Source: Lama guanicoe (taxonomy: Eukaryota). From it: a stretch of DNA of 64,000 bases. Positions 46,804 to 58,850 of the stretch are shown one piece after another (positions within the stretch are counted from its first letter, which is position 1; each line of letters begins with the position of its first letter). The notes below the pieces were generated by a model. That model made no database searches. It was not told where the DNA came from and worked only from the letters and a program-made list of their open reading frames with translations. The stretch lies in the NCBI GenBank assembly GCA_013239625.1, contig MU053934.1, positions 6,962,399 to 7,026,398 of the forward strand, read 5' to 3'. A program made the position numbers and the translations under genes.

Positions 46804-47299
46804 GGTGGCGCCGCTCTGCGCTCGCTCCGCCGCCGCCTAGACACCCAGGCCGCCGCGCTCCGGGCCCGCCCCCTGGTAGCGTCACGCTCGGAGTGGGGTG
46901 GGGCCGAGCGGAGCCCAGTCCGGGAGCGGGGGCGGGAGGCTGAGCTCGAAGCCCCGCCCCGCCCCGCCGCCCCGCCCACTTCCGTCCGCGATGGGAGCGG
47001 TGAGGGGGCCCCGCCGCATCTGCCCCCATCGCATTGAACTGCGGGCTGGCGGGTGTAGTCTCCCCAGGAACCGGTGGCGGGACTCTTGGCCCTCTGTGTG
47101 GCCTCGGGTGGGACGCTGGCGGTCTCTGGGCATCGTTTGCCATCCTGAAGGGAAGAAGATGGCGACCTCCCCCCCCATCGATGGGATCTAAAATAAAATC
47201 CGGAAACTCCTTCACGGCCTCTGAGGACTGGAGGAGCAGGCCCTGCGTGGCCTGACCTCACATCGCGCCCGAACACGTGGCTGGGCCTCGCAGGCCTTC

Positions 47300-47655
47300 T
47301 GGTTCCTCAAACTGCCCAGCTAGGTCCCGCCTCCAGGACTTCCCCTCTCCTTGGAACACTATCCCTACTGCCTCAGGGTCAGCCCTTTTGCTTGGGTATC
47401 AGGTCAAATATTCCGTCCTCGGCAAGGCCTGCCCTGACCCCTCTCCAGGCAGCTCCTGTGGTCTTCCTAACACTTGATATTGAGCTGAAGTCATCCTGCG
47501 TGTTCCCTCAGGGATGGTCTGCCCCTAACCCACCCCATCCCAGTGGACCTTGGGCTCCCTGAGGACTCTTCTTTGAAGTCCCCTGCATGCCTGGAGCCTA
47601 GAACTGAGCCTAGTATATAGTAGGTGCTCAATAAATACTTGTTGAATGAGTAAAT
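47300..47655 (+). mobile_element. L2 3' fragment
   Basis: Ends TAGTAGGTGCTCAATAAATACTTGTTGAATGAGT. Confidence 0.65.
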
Positions 47656-49329
47656 TCAACAGACATTAGGCACCTGCTCTCTGTAGGCCTATGCTGGCCC
47701 CAGGGGGCTCTCTGGCCTCGCTCTTCTGGAATGGTCTTGGACCCAGTTGTGAGCCCCTGGTAGTCTGACTAGTGGCCTGTGGCGGGTGGTGTGTTCCTGT
47801 AGTGTGGTGCTGGCCAAGCAGAGAACAACAGGGTCTTCCAGACAGAAGGATCTGGGCAGAGCCTGGAAGTGGGAACAAGGTGGACAGGTGCAGGGTCAGC
47901 AAGGCCAGAGGGGCTGATACATTTGAACCTGGAGGTACAGCGGTGTGCTGTGAGGTCAGAGTGAGGCAGTGTGGGGCCCAGGGTGGATGGAACTGGGGTG
48001 TGGGGAAATGTGAGGAGCCTTGGAGGATTTAGGCAGGTGGAGGGAGGGTGACCAGCTGTTTTTAAAGCTGGTTAAGCAGGTGACCAGCTGGTTTTAAAAA
48101 GGAAGACTGGGAACAGCTTTGGGCAGGGAGAGTGATCTATTATCGTAGAATATAAGGGTAAATGTCACAGCAGATCAGTTTGGTATTATTTCAGTTTTTA
48201 GTGATCACAATTTTAATACTACAAAGGAGGTAAATCAGAAAGCTTGACTTCAGCGGGTGCAGCCAGTAACTTCCCATTGCTAGGTGCTTCCAGGCCACCC
48301 ACGGCACAGAAGTCCTCTTCAGAGACACCTCCTGGGAGGCCGAGGGAGCAGATCACCCCAAACCTCTGCATTTCCCGAATCACTTCTGATTTTCTTTGTG
48401 TTCTTTGTTACACCTGGATTGATAATGGCTATCTCGAATATGGATGTGTGATGGATTTTCTTCTCCTTGTGAGATTTGGAGGCACTAAGTTGGCTTTCTC
48501 CTTTTAATCATCCTCACAAGCCATGAAGAATTCCCACACAGGGCTTTTCCTCAAAAGTCTCATCATCTAAAAAATGGCATTTAATAAATAAAACTTAAAT
48601 ACTGTTTTGATTAAGGCTATAAATGCTAGTCCAACAAACAATTCTACAAAATCAGAATTAGGATTGGATCTATTTTTCTGTCTTGTATTGCCATTTAAAT
48701 TATTATATGCATTTGTAGACTCAAAAAGCAAATAGCTTTCCTCCTCAAGTTATCATGTTATTGTTGCTTCTCTTAAGTTCATATTCACTGTTTATTTCTT
48801 ATTTGTCTGTTTGAACCTTTTCATAATTGTTTCAGGACATAAAATTAACATAACAATCAACATAAATCATTAAAGCATTTTGCTCTCACTACAATAGATC
48901 TTGTGTTTACATCTCACCCCACTGACACACTTCAGTGTGTAAAGCACAAAGGGAGATTTCATTCGTGATTACATCTGGAAACATCCCTAGAAAGTGACCA
49001 GCCTGCCAGGCTTGGCCTTGCATGAGGGATTCGTGGCCCATTTTCTTTGGAGAGGGACAGGGTAGATTTCTCCCCAGACTCCATGGGTATCTGCATGAGT
49101 GTAGGACGACCCCAGGGGCCGTCCTGTATCACCACAGTATTGCTGGGTGAGGGGAAGCAGGGAGAAGAATCAGGGATGACATTGGTTAGGTGGCCTTTCT
49201 TGCTCCTGGAACTCAGACCAAGTGAGGCAGGTCCAAATGCCATTCACTCTGTGACCATAGGCCAAGGCCTTCTCCTCTCCGGGAAAGGGTAGGGGAACAA
49301 GGTCTCTCAGACCCCTTCAACTTCTGATA

Positions 49330-49960
49330 TTTTATTCTGGGTGGGTGTTCCCTCAGACTTTTTATTGGGGAAAATGTCCAATGTACAGAGAAATTGCAAA
49401 AATAGTATTAGGTAGTATTCTGAATACTGTCAGATTCACCAGCTGTTATCATTTGACCTGTTTCTCTCTTCCTATCTATCTGTTTGCTTTTGCTGAACCT
49501 GGAGAGTTAGTTGCAGATATGTGGCCCTTCATCTCTAAACACTTCACCACAGATCTCCCAAGAACAAGGCCATTCTCCTACATACCACTGTGCAAGTATC
49601 CAATTCAGGAAATTTAACATTGAAACAACACAGCTGTCTAATCCCCAGTCCACACTCCACTTGTCCCAGTTGCCCCATAACGTCCTTTCTAGCCATTATT
49701 TGTTCTGATCCAGGCTTAACCCAGGTCAGGCATGGTGTTTACTTGGCTGCTTCTTTAGTCTCCTTTATTCTGGAGATGGGTTGGATCAGAGGGCAGGTGA
49801 TGGATTGAACCCCTGTTGGTGCCTGCCAGGACTCCCTCTTGTAAAGATAACTTTTACTTTGGTACCCTGTGAATGTCCTAGTTCTCAACAAAGTTTCATC
49901 CAGTGGTTTTAGCATCAATTGATGATCCTTGTCTGAATCAATTATTACTGAGGTGGTTTA
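49330..49960 (-). mobile_element. Old L1 (L1ME/MC-like) fragment
   Basis: Reverse-orientation L1 3' UTR-like motifs; approximate. Confidence 0.55.
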
Positions 49961-50395
49961 ACTGGTTTATAAGGTACTTTGGGAAAAAAAAGAGAAGAAC
50001 TTTGTCCTAATGGTTCTTCAAGGTCCTTTGGTGAACCAAAGAACAGAAACTTCCACAAGCCTGTTTGCCTTCTGGGTTTGTCTTGTCAGCTGAGAGTCCC
50101 CCACTCTACTCAGGTGTTTGATCCTTGTGAGAGGCTGGGGGGCGGGGGACAGAAACCATGTGTTTCATTTTAGAGAGGAGGAAACGAGGCGCAGAGAGAG
50201 GAGAGAAGTGGGCTGCTGTGGATGAACTCCTCCCAAGGTGTCAGTCTCTGGGTTCCAGCCTTCTCCATGGACCAGGACAGGAGTTTAGAAAGGAGGCTTT
50301 CGGGCAGACTGCAGGACAGAGTTTCAGGGTCCAGGTTGGGGCTGTCCAACCCCTCGTAGGCAGTCCCCTTAGCCCCCATTACCTATGTAGGATCT

Positions 50396-50510
50396 AGGTT
50401 GCCAGATTTAGAAAATAAAAATACAGGATGCCCAATTCAATTTGAATTTCAGATAAACAATGAGTTTTTTTTTTTTTTAGTATAAGCATGTCCTAAATAC
50501 TGCACTTAAA
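50396..50510. mobile_element. MER53-like MITE (partial)
   Basis: AGGTTGCCAGATTTAGAAAATAAAAATACAGGATGCCCAATTCAATTTGAATTTCAGATAAACAATGA. Confidence 0.75.
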
Positions 50511-51474
50511 CATATCCATCCTGAAAAATTACACTAAAACCTTGCAACATCTGGGCTATTTGGACTGACATTAGGGTTACCAGGTAAAATGCAAAGCACC
50601 TAGTTCAATTTTAATTCCAGGGAAATAATGGGTAATCTTGTCGCCCATTTGTGGGGAATTTAAAAATGTGTGGCACGTGTTATCAGATGTAGGTAATGAG
50701 GCAGATAAAGTCGGTGGGGCTTGAATTCTGGGATGAGCTGCCCTTCTGAAAGTAGTTGACATCTCTGAAAGAAGGGACTGAAGCTTGGAGGGCCACTACC
50801 AGGCAGTTCTAGAAAGCTCCCTCTGGGTATGGGGTGGTGGGGGGCATGGGCAGAGGGGAGCAAGACCAAAGGCCAGGGACCAGTCAGGGTGAGACATGCC
50901 TTGAGGCTCAGGCCAATGGTCAGGTCATGAAAAGAGCATTCAGGAGGCAGGACTGATGGGGCCTGAGGCCCACCAGCCAGGGAGCCCTGCATGGGAGGAG
51001 CCAAGTCTGGGGAGTTCTGTGGGAGGGGGCAGGGAAAGCCTGAGAGGTAATGGAGGCCAGCGTCTGGAGTTCAGAAGGGGCCCTGGGATGGGGAAGGAGG
51101 GATGAGGGCTGGGTGATGGGCTGTGCAGTGACCTCCTAAAAGGTCTTTCTGCTGAAACAACTCCCTCACCACATTTTTGCTGTAGGAGGAGCTGGCTGTA
51201 TCTCAGGGCCCCGGGAGAGGAGGGCTGGGTCTCCCCACTCCTGGAGCAGGGAAGCCAGAACCAGCCAGCCCACCTGCCCACCCCTACTCATAGCTGTGTG
51301 TCTAGAGAGGCTAGTGAAATGATCTATAGGGAGCTAATGTATTAATCCCCTCAGGCATTTGCAATTGGAAGCAGGAGGGTTTTTTTTAAAAAAAAAAAAA
51401 AAAGAAAAAGAAAAAGAAAAAAAGAAAGAAAAGGGAAGGGAGAAAAACGCAGCAACAGGCTTGGGGGTGGGTTC

Positions 51475-51516
51475 NNNNNNNNNNNNNNNNNNNNNNNNNN
51501 NNNNNNNNNNNNNNNN
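51475..51516. other. Assembly gap (42 N) inside an A/AG-rich tract
   Basis: Direct. Confidence 0.99.
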
Positions 51517-52924
51517 AAAAAAAAAAAAAAAAGAAGAAGAAGAAGAAAGAAAGGAAGGAAGAGGAAGGAAGAAAAAAGCAGCAACAGGGATTGGGGTGGC
51601 TTCTTAGCCAGAGGCTGGGTTATAATGGTAGAATCAGGCACCTGCTCAGGCTAGGGGACACTGGGACAGGGAGTCAGCTCCAGTGTCACCAGACCTGTTC
51701 TGCAGAGGCCTTTTCAGAAGCCACATAGTCTGCTCTGGTGCAATTTCTGTGCGAGCAGAGCTGGGAGGTTGATGAAACAGGAATTGGCGCCGTGTGTACT
51801 CTCTGTGGCAACCGCATCAGGAGTTCTCCAGAGGTATTCAAAGTACAGTCCCAGCCTGGAGGATCCAAAACCCAGGGAGCCAGTGGAGTCTGGCCAGGAC
51901 CCCTGGGGTGGGTGAAGGAGCCCTGGACCAGCCAATCCTGAGAGCGCGTCATCGCTTACCCAGGGCATTCTGTCTCCATCTTACAGAGGAGGGACTGTGG
52001 CTCAGAGAGGGAAGATCCTGGTCCAAGGTCACACAGCTAGCGAAGGTCAGGGCTTTTTGAACTCAGGTCTCTTTGCTTCTGAAACTCAGCTCTCCTTATG
52101 GCCACCTGCCCCTGGAATTAGGTGTCTGTTTTCCTCTTCCTTGTTGACCTAAGCCACCTTGCAGAGAACACCGGGACTCACTCGGAGGTGGAGGGGTCTG
52201 TGCCGCTCCACGAAAATCCTGCCTTCTCCAGACCAGAGATTTTCAAATCTTGGCTTTTGCTTGGATAAATTACTCCCCTTTCTGGGCCTCAGTTTCCTTG
52301 GCTCTAAAATGGAGGATCATCTAGAATCTAGATAGAATCCAATAAAGCAAAATTTGCAAACTGCTGGCCAGAGGTCAGCATCCAGCCTATGGAAGAGTCT
52401 GTTCAAATCTGAGGCTGCTGCTGTACTGGCTCCCAGCTGGGGGCCCTGCAGGGGCTGGATTTGCAATGTCTGCGGGAGCTGATGCTAAGATCCTCTTGAG
52501 GTGCCCCCACAGGGTATAATTTTCATGCACTTTGCTCCCTGAGAAACAGGAGATGGGTTCTAGACTTGGCTCTGCCCCCATTTGGCTGTTGGACTGTGAG
52601 CCAGTCATCTTTCCTCTCCTGGCCACATCTGTAAACAAGGGTGACCACACCCAATTCAGAAAGCTGTGGTGAGGATGAGCTGAGATGCCAGATGTAAACC
52701 TGCTTTACAAAGCCGGACAGGTGGAAATAGAAGCACCATTACCTGAGTGTCTATGTTATGCCGAGGCCTAGGCTGGGGAATCAGAGATGAACATAACTCA
52801 GACCCGAGAAACACAGAAACATTGAGCTGGAAACAGTAGGGAGGAACTCAGATCCAGGCCCCTCACTTGCGAGTGAAATCAAGGGAGACCTCATCAAGGA
52901 AGTGACATCTGAGCTGCCACCATC

Positions 52925-53330
52925 AGATTCATTCAGTCATTCGTCATATCCTTTCCAAGCCCCTACTCCGTTCCAGGCACTGTTCTAGGTGCTGGGAGTA
53001 TAGCAATGAGCAAGACAGACAAAAATGTCTTTGAAGAGCTGATATTCTAGTGAGGGGAGGTGGAATAAATAAGAAAGAGTTTTTAAAAATAGACCTGTAA
53101 CTTCAGGAGGAAAAAGAAAGAGCAGGGCCAGAGGGAAACACGAAGTCAAGGGAGTGGCTGTTTTTTATAGGGGCCAGGGAGGCCTTCCTGCGGTGAAGCT
53201 ATTGAAGCAGACACTTGAAGGAAGTCAAGGAGCAAGCCCTGAGGATGTCTGGGGAAAGAGCATTCCAGGCAGTGAGAACAGCAAGTGCAAAGGCCCTGAG
53301 GCATGAATATGCTTGGCTTCTTTAATAAGC
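52925..53330 (-). mobile_element. L2 fragment
   Basis: TTCATTCAGTCATTC...CCAGGCACTGTTCTAGGTGCTGGG...GAGCATTCCAGGCAG...AAGTGCAAAGGCCCTGAGG. Confidence 0.75.
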
Positions 53331-53483
53331 AGCAATGATGTCAGTTTGTTCCATTACTGTGAGGCTAGTCTGCCAGGCTTCTCCCTATAAAGGAGTTTTC
53401 CTTCTTTGTATTTAATAGGTCATCCACAGGCTCATCCTTTAAGATGGTAATTACATGGTTTGCCTTAATCCTCATAGCAACAC

Positions 53484-53999
53484 TGTGGCAATTTTAACAC
53501 ACGTCAATAAATTCTTTGACATTCTACCTACTGGGAGTTGGGAGTCTGTGTTCCCTCCCCTTGAATATGAGTTCTGTGACTTCTTGACCAATAGAAAGTC
53601 TGTTGACCAAGGTGCGTGGCAATTTCAGTGGGCCCCAGGCCCTGAGAAACTGGTGGCTTCCACTTCCTGTCTCTCGGGATGCTTGCTCTTAAAATCCAGC
53701 CAACATGCTTTGAGGGAGCCCAAGCAGCCCATAGAGAGGCCCATGTGGAGAGGAACTGAGGTCTCTGACCCTCAGCTCAGCTGAGCTCCCCAGCCAACAG
53801 TTGACACCAGCTTGCCATCTTGGAAGTAGGTCTTCCAGCTCCTGACTGAGTCACCCCAGCGGACACCCGTGGAGCAGATGACACAGCCCCCACAAGCCCT
53901 GCTCAAATTTCACATCTATAAACATATTAAAAGACTGTTGTTGTTTTATACCATTAAGTTTTAGAGCAGGTGGTTATACAATAATTGTTAACTGGCGCA
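53484..53999 (+). mobile_element. MaLR solo LTR (older MLT1-type)
   Basis: TG start, GAGAGGCCCATGTGGAGAGGAACTGAGG, TGTTGTTTTATACCATTAAGTTTTAGAG. Confidence 0.7.
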
Positions 54000-54510
54000 A
54001 ACCTTGTGAAGAAATTCTCCCCATTTTATAGATGAGAAACTGAGGTACAGAGGGTTGAAGAGTTCACCCCAGTTTTCACAGCCAATTTGAAATCAGTCTC
54101 TTAATATTTTGGCTAACAGAAGTTCTTAATTTAGAAATCCAATGTGTCAATTTTTCATGATTAATATGTTTTATGCAGATATACTGTTTTGGAACTTTTT
54201 TTCACCTATGACTATGTAATCTCTTTTGATGTTAAACCCATAATAGTGTTTAACAGCTGCCCGATGGGCCGTTACATGGAATACTATCATTTATTTGACC
54301 CAGCCCCACTGATGGGTATGCAGATTTTCCTATATTTTCACCATTTTGAACACCACTGTGGGGAATACCTTGCCCAAACTTTTCTGCCTTGTTGCACTTA
54401 TTTCCTAAAAATAAAAGCTTAGATGTGGAATTACAGGGGCAAAAAGAGAGCCAAGTTTTAAAGTTTCTTAGTAATACAGCCACACTGTCAACGGGGACAT
54501 TATTTAAGTG

Positions 54511-54935
54511 GGTCTGAGTTTTCTAAGGCTGCTGTGACAGATGACGACAAACTGGCTGGCTTCAAAACACAGAAAGTTATTCTCTCACGGTTCAGGAGGC
54601 CAGAAGTCTGAAATCAAGGTTGGTTCACTCTGGAGGCCCTGAGGGAGAAATCTTCCTGTGCCTCTCCCCTGGCTTCTGGGGGTTGCCAACAGTCTTGGCG
54701 TTCCTTGGCTTGTGGCTGCATAACTCCAGCCTCTGCCTCTGTTTCATAGGCCTTCTCTCTGTGTCTGTGTCTTCTCCTCTGCGTCTTCTTATAGGAACTA
54801 CCAGCTATTAGATTTAAGGCCCACCTTAAATCCAGGATGATTTAATCTCGAAATCTTTAAGTAATTACGTCTGCAAAGACCTTTTTCCAGATAAGGTCAC
54901 GGTCTGAGGTTCTGGGTGGAGCCCACCAACACCCA
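54511..54935 (-). mobile_element. MaLR solo LTR (MLT1-type)
   Basis: TTATTCTCTCACGGTTCAGGAGGCCAGAAGTCTGAAATCAAGGT...TCTGCAAAGACCTTTTTCCAGATAAGGTCAC. Confidence 0.8.
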
Positions 54936-57679
54936 GTTCAGAGCTGCTCCTTCTCTGCTCCTTGCCACGGCCTGGCTGTTGGGGTAGAGACGATACTCCC
55001 AGCTCTGGTCCAGGCTGGGGCTCGGCAGATCTGAGCAGACCTGGCTGGATCTGGGCCGGAGTCCCTGATGGCGATGGTGCAAGCCTGGCTGACGGCTGTT
55101 TGTGTGAGGGGCTGAGCAAGCCTCCTGGGAGGGGAGCCATCCTTGGGAGCAGGAGCTGGGCACCCGAACATGACCATCTCTACATTTCCTGATCACTTTC
55201 CGTCACTGTTCAGGCACTGCCCTGGGTGCCATATGTAGTAAGCTGGACCCCAAAACAAAGTTAGTCCCAGAGGGAGGGGCAATCGTGAGTCTATCTCAGT
55301 GTCGGTCACCGGCATTGGTCCCTGGACCATCCCTAGGGCCCGGGCTACCTGCCGTCTTGCCATTACCCACATGGAAACAAGAGCCCGAGAAGGCCAGGGA
55401 GAGAAGCACTGCCCGCAGCAGCCTGATCGCTGAGGAGAGTCAGAGGCAGCCTTCAGCAAGGAGGAAGCAAACTACATCCAGGCACTCTGATGGACAGGCT
55501 GGTCAACCGTGGGCACCACGAGGAAGGTGCCGAGGGTCCCAGAAGGCACAGGACCCAGAGTGCCCCTGGTGGAAGAGCTGGCGTCGTTGAGGGCTTCCTG
55601 AGTTGCAGGTGCTGCTATAACTCATTCAATCCCCGCAGTAAGCTGGGGAAAGCAAGCCACCGAGCTATTCAGTAACTCACCAAAGGTGACTCACTGGTGA
55701 GTGCCGGAAGGGACTCAAAGCCAAGGCTGGCTGACTCGGGTCTGTGTTCTTAATGTGTTGTGCTACTGCCTGAGACAGAAACCTGATTCAAACCAGCTGC
55801 GCAGCAAGGAATTTGCCGAGGGTCCCTGCCAGGGCTCCCCTCCGCCCCTCTTTGCCTCTCTCTGCCAGCGATGGGTGTCTTCTGAAAGGGGTGTTCCTCC
55901 TGCCACTCGGCTAGGTCTGAGGAGAGAAATCCTAGGGAAGGACCTGATTTGTCTGTTTTGTGCAGATATACTGTGCTTATCTATAGACCAGTCCAAAGGG
56001 CTGGCACTCTTCAGCTGGCCCAGCTTGGGTCAGGTGCCTGCCCCCTAGCCAGTCACTCTGGTGAGGGAGGTGGAGTCAGGTGGGGAGATGGTAACTCCCA
56101 TTGAGCTCACAGGGCTGGTGCATGGTGGGCACAGGAGGGTCCTTGGATAAGGGGCCAGCGGGCCAGTGACCATGGGGGAGTTGGAGAGAGCTGGCTGCCA
56201 CTCAGTGGGAGTCACCACTAGATACTAGAGCTAGAAAGGCCTTCTTCTCTGACTTGCTTGGGTAAGGGGAGGATTGGAAGGCGCTCAGAGAATCTCAACA
56301 CTGTGTGATTTTGCGCAAACCAGAGGAAGGGAGCCCCTACGCCCATGAGCTGCAGTGTGCTTCCGGCCGGAGCTGGGCACTATGCCTGTGTAAAGAGACA
56401 GGATCAGAGAGACGGGTCTGGGCTCTGCTTTCTTTCTGTTTTCTCCTATATTGTCCTCTTTCCCTTTCCCTGTGCTCACTGCCCTGGGGGAGGGCAAGTT
56501 GGAGCAGAAAGCCAGCAACCCGTCTGGAGCAGGGTGAGGCTTCCCAGTGTGGACAGAGCTCCTTAAGGACACATGGAGGAGGAAAGCCTCACAGCCCTGA
56601 CTGGAGAGGTGGACCTGGGGCTGGAGCACATGGGGAGAGGCTGAAGGACGGTGTCGATCCTGGAGCCAAGGGGCCTGTCCCCAGCACTACCGCTGGCCCC
56701 TCTGGGAGGTGCCCCCACCTCTGCCCAACGCTGGGATCCAGGGTTTGGTGAAGGGCCACGCTGGGTGTCACTCCCACCTCTGCTGGGTTCTTGCACAACA
56801 GGACAAGGTGGTTCTCACTGCACCTACTTCCCGGGTGGGCTGCACTGCCAGAGAGCAGGAGCCTGCCTGGTGTATATGGGCCACCGGGACCCAGGCAGTC
56901 TCCCCAGAGAAGCCTCCTGGGCACCACAGGGGTGAGGAGGCAGCAGGGAGCTGCTCAATTCCAGCCACTCTATGCTGACTTGTGAAGATGGGCGCCCAGT
57001 GGAAACTGGGAGGACCGGTGACCAAGGACCAGCCCCACCCAGTCCCTCATGTGAAACTCCAAAGACTCTAGACCCTGCCTGCCCAGCAGAGGGGGTGCTC
57101 AGAGACTGAAACTGCCTTTCAGAAAACAGAAAACAATGTTTATTGCACAACTGTGTGCATAGAGTGAGATTCACATCTGGTACATGCCAGTGACTGCGTT
57201 TTATTCTCACATCAACCTTATGAGGCAGGAAATCCTATTCCCAACATATAGATGAAGAAGATGAGACAGACTCAGAGAGGTCAAGGAGCTGCCCAGAGTC
57301 ACACAGCCCCACAGCAGTGGCACCGGGTAGCACCCAATCTCTAATTCGATCTCTCTCTCTCCCCACTTCGTCCTCTCTTCCCTGCTCTTTCTTTCTTTCA
57401 CTCATTTGACAATTTACTGAGTGCCAATGATACCCCTGAGACCCTGCGCGGTCCTCGGGCATACCGCAGGGAACAAGCCAGTCAGGGAACAGCCTAGGAC
57501 CCCTAGCACTGCTGAAAATTCCCTATTTGTGACCTAGAGCAATTGACCTAGAGCTTGGCCTCCTTGAGGCTTAGTTTCCTCATCTGTAAAATGGAGATAA
57601 TAATGGTGCACCTAGTGGAGTTCTGGAAAGGATCCGGTCAGATAATCTCCACTCTTTGGAAGGAAGTTTCTATGCACAC

Positions 57680-58850
57680 AGTTGTGTGGGGAGCTGTACT
57701 CCACCCCCTTGAGGGGGGGGCGCACCTACGTTGGTTAGTTTTAATTCTTCTGCATGGGAGCTGTGTCTCTTCTCCTCTATTCATTTATTTATTCAGTCGT
57801 TTATTAGTATGGACTCGTGGGTATATATATTTTTTATTTCTTCTACTTTGCATTATCATACAATTCTTCCTCTTCTTCCCCCATCCTTCCTTCCTTCCTT
57901 CCGTCCTTCCTCCCAAATTGTTCCATCTTTGCCTATTGGAAGCTCTTTCATTTAGCCTATGTCCCTTTAACTTTGTGTGCATGTGTGTATGTGTGTTTAA
58001 GCCCTTCCTTAGTTTCTGCCACTACAAGATGCTCTAGGCTCATTTTGTATAATTCCTGCCCTAGTTCTAGAATCAGACATTTCTCCGAGGAGCCTTGGTT
58101 CCCTTTATTGGAGAATGACATTAGAAACCAAGATGGAGGGGGTGGTTGTAGCTCAGTGGTAGAGCACGTGCTTAGCATGCACAGGTCCTGGGTTCAATCC
58201 CCAGTACCTCCACTTAAATAAACAAACAAACAAACAAACTACTAACTAACAAACCTAATTATCCTCCCTCAAAAAACAAAATATAACAAAAGGAATACTT
58301 TTTTTAAAAAAGGAAAGAAACCAGGATCAGCTGCATAACATTACATTGTATGGATATAAACTTTATCCATTCATCTATTTAAGGATAGTTAGGTTGCTTC
58401 CAATTTTGAGTTACTATGAACAATGCTGCTATCAATAGCATTTGTGTATAAATTTTCGTACAAATATTGTACACATTTGTGTACAAATTTTGGGGGCTGT
58501 ATGTTTTTATTTTTCCCAGTGACACTCATCAAAAGTGGAGTCACTGGGTCATATGACAGCTCTATGTTTATGTTACTGAGGATCCACCCAGGAGTTTTCC
58601 AAAGTGGCTGCACCATTTGATGAAACAGCAGGATATGAGGATTCCCATTTCTCCGCATCCTCGCCAACACTAGTTGTCTGTCTTTTTTATTATAGCCATG
58701 CTAGTGAGTGTAAAGTGGTATCGATTTGCATTTCCCTAAAACTCATGATGTCAAGAGCATCTTTTAATTCACTCGTTGGCCATCTGTGTATCTCCTTTAG
58801 AGAATGTCCACTCAGACCCCATGCCCACTGTTGATTGGGTTGTCTTGATT
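57680..58850 (-). mobile_element. Old L1 3' fragments interrupted by a SINE
   Basis: TTAGGTTGCTTCCAATTTT...TTTTCCAAAGTGGCTGCACCATTT...CATCCTCGCCAACAC...GCATTTCCCT. Confidence 0.75.
58135..58315 (+). mobile_element. tRNA-derived SINE (camelid-type) with TSD
   Basis: A box TAGCTCAGTGGT, B box GGTTCAATCC, (AAAC)n tail; TSD AGAAACCAAGAT (58123-58134) / AGAAACCAGGAT (58316-58327). Confidence 0.9.

Noticed and set aside
58135..58210. tRNA gene (also 63116-63192)
   Set aside because: tRNA-like head only; an A-rich tail, TSDs and multiple diverged copies show these are SINEs
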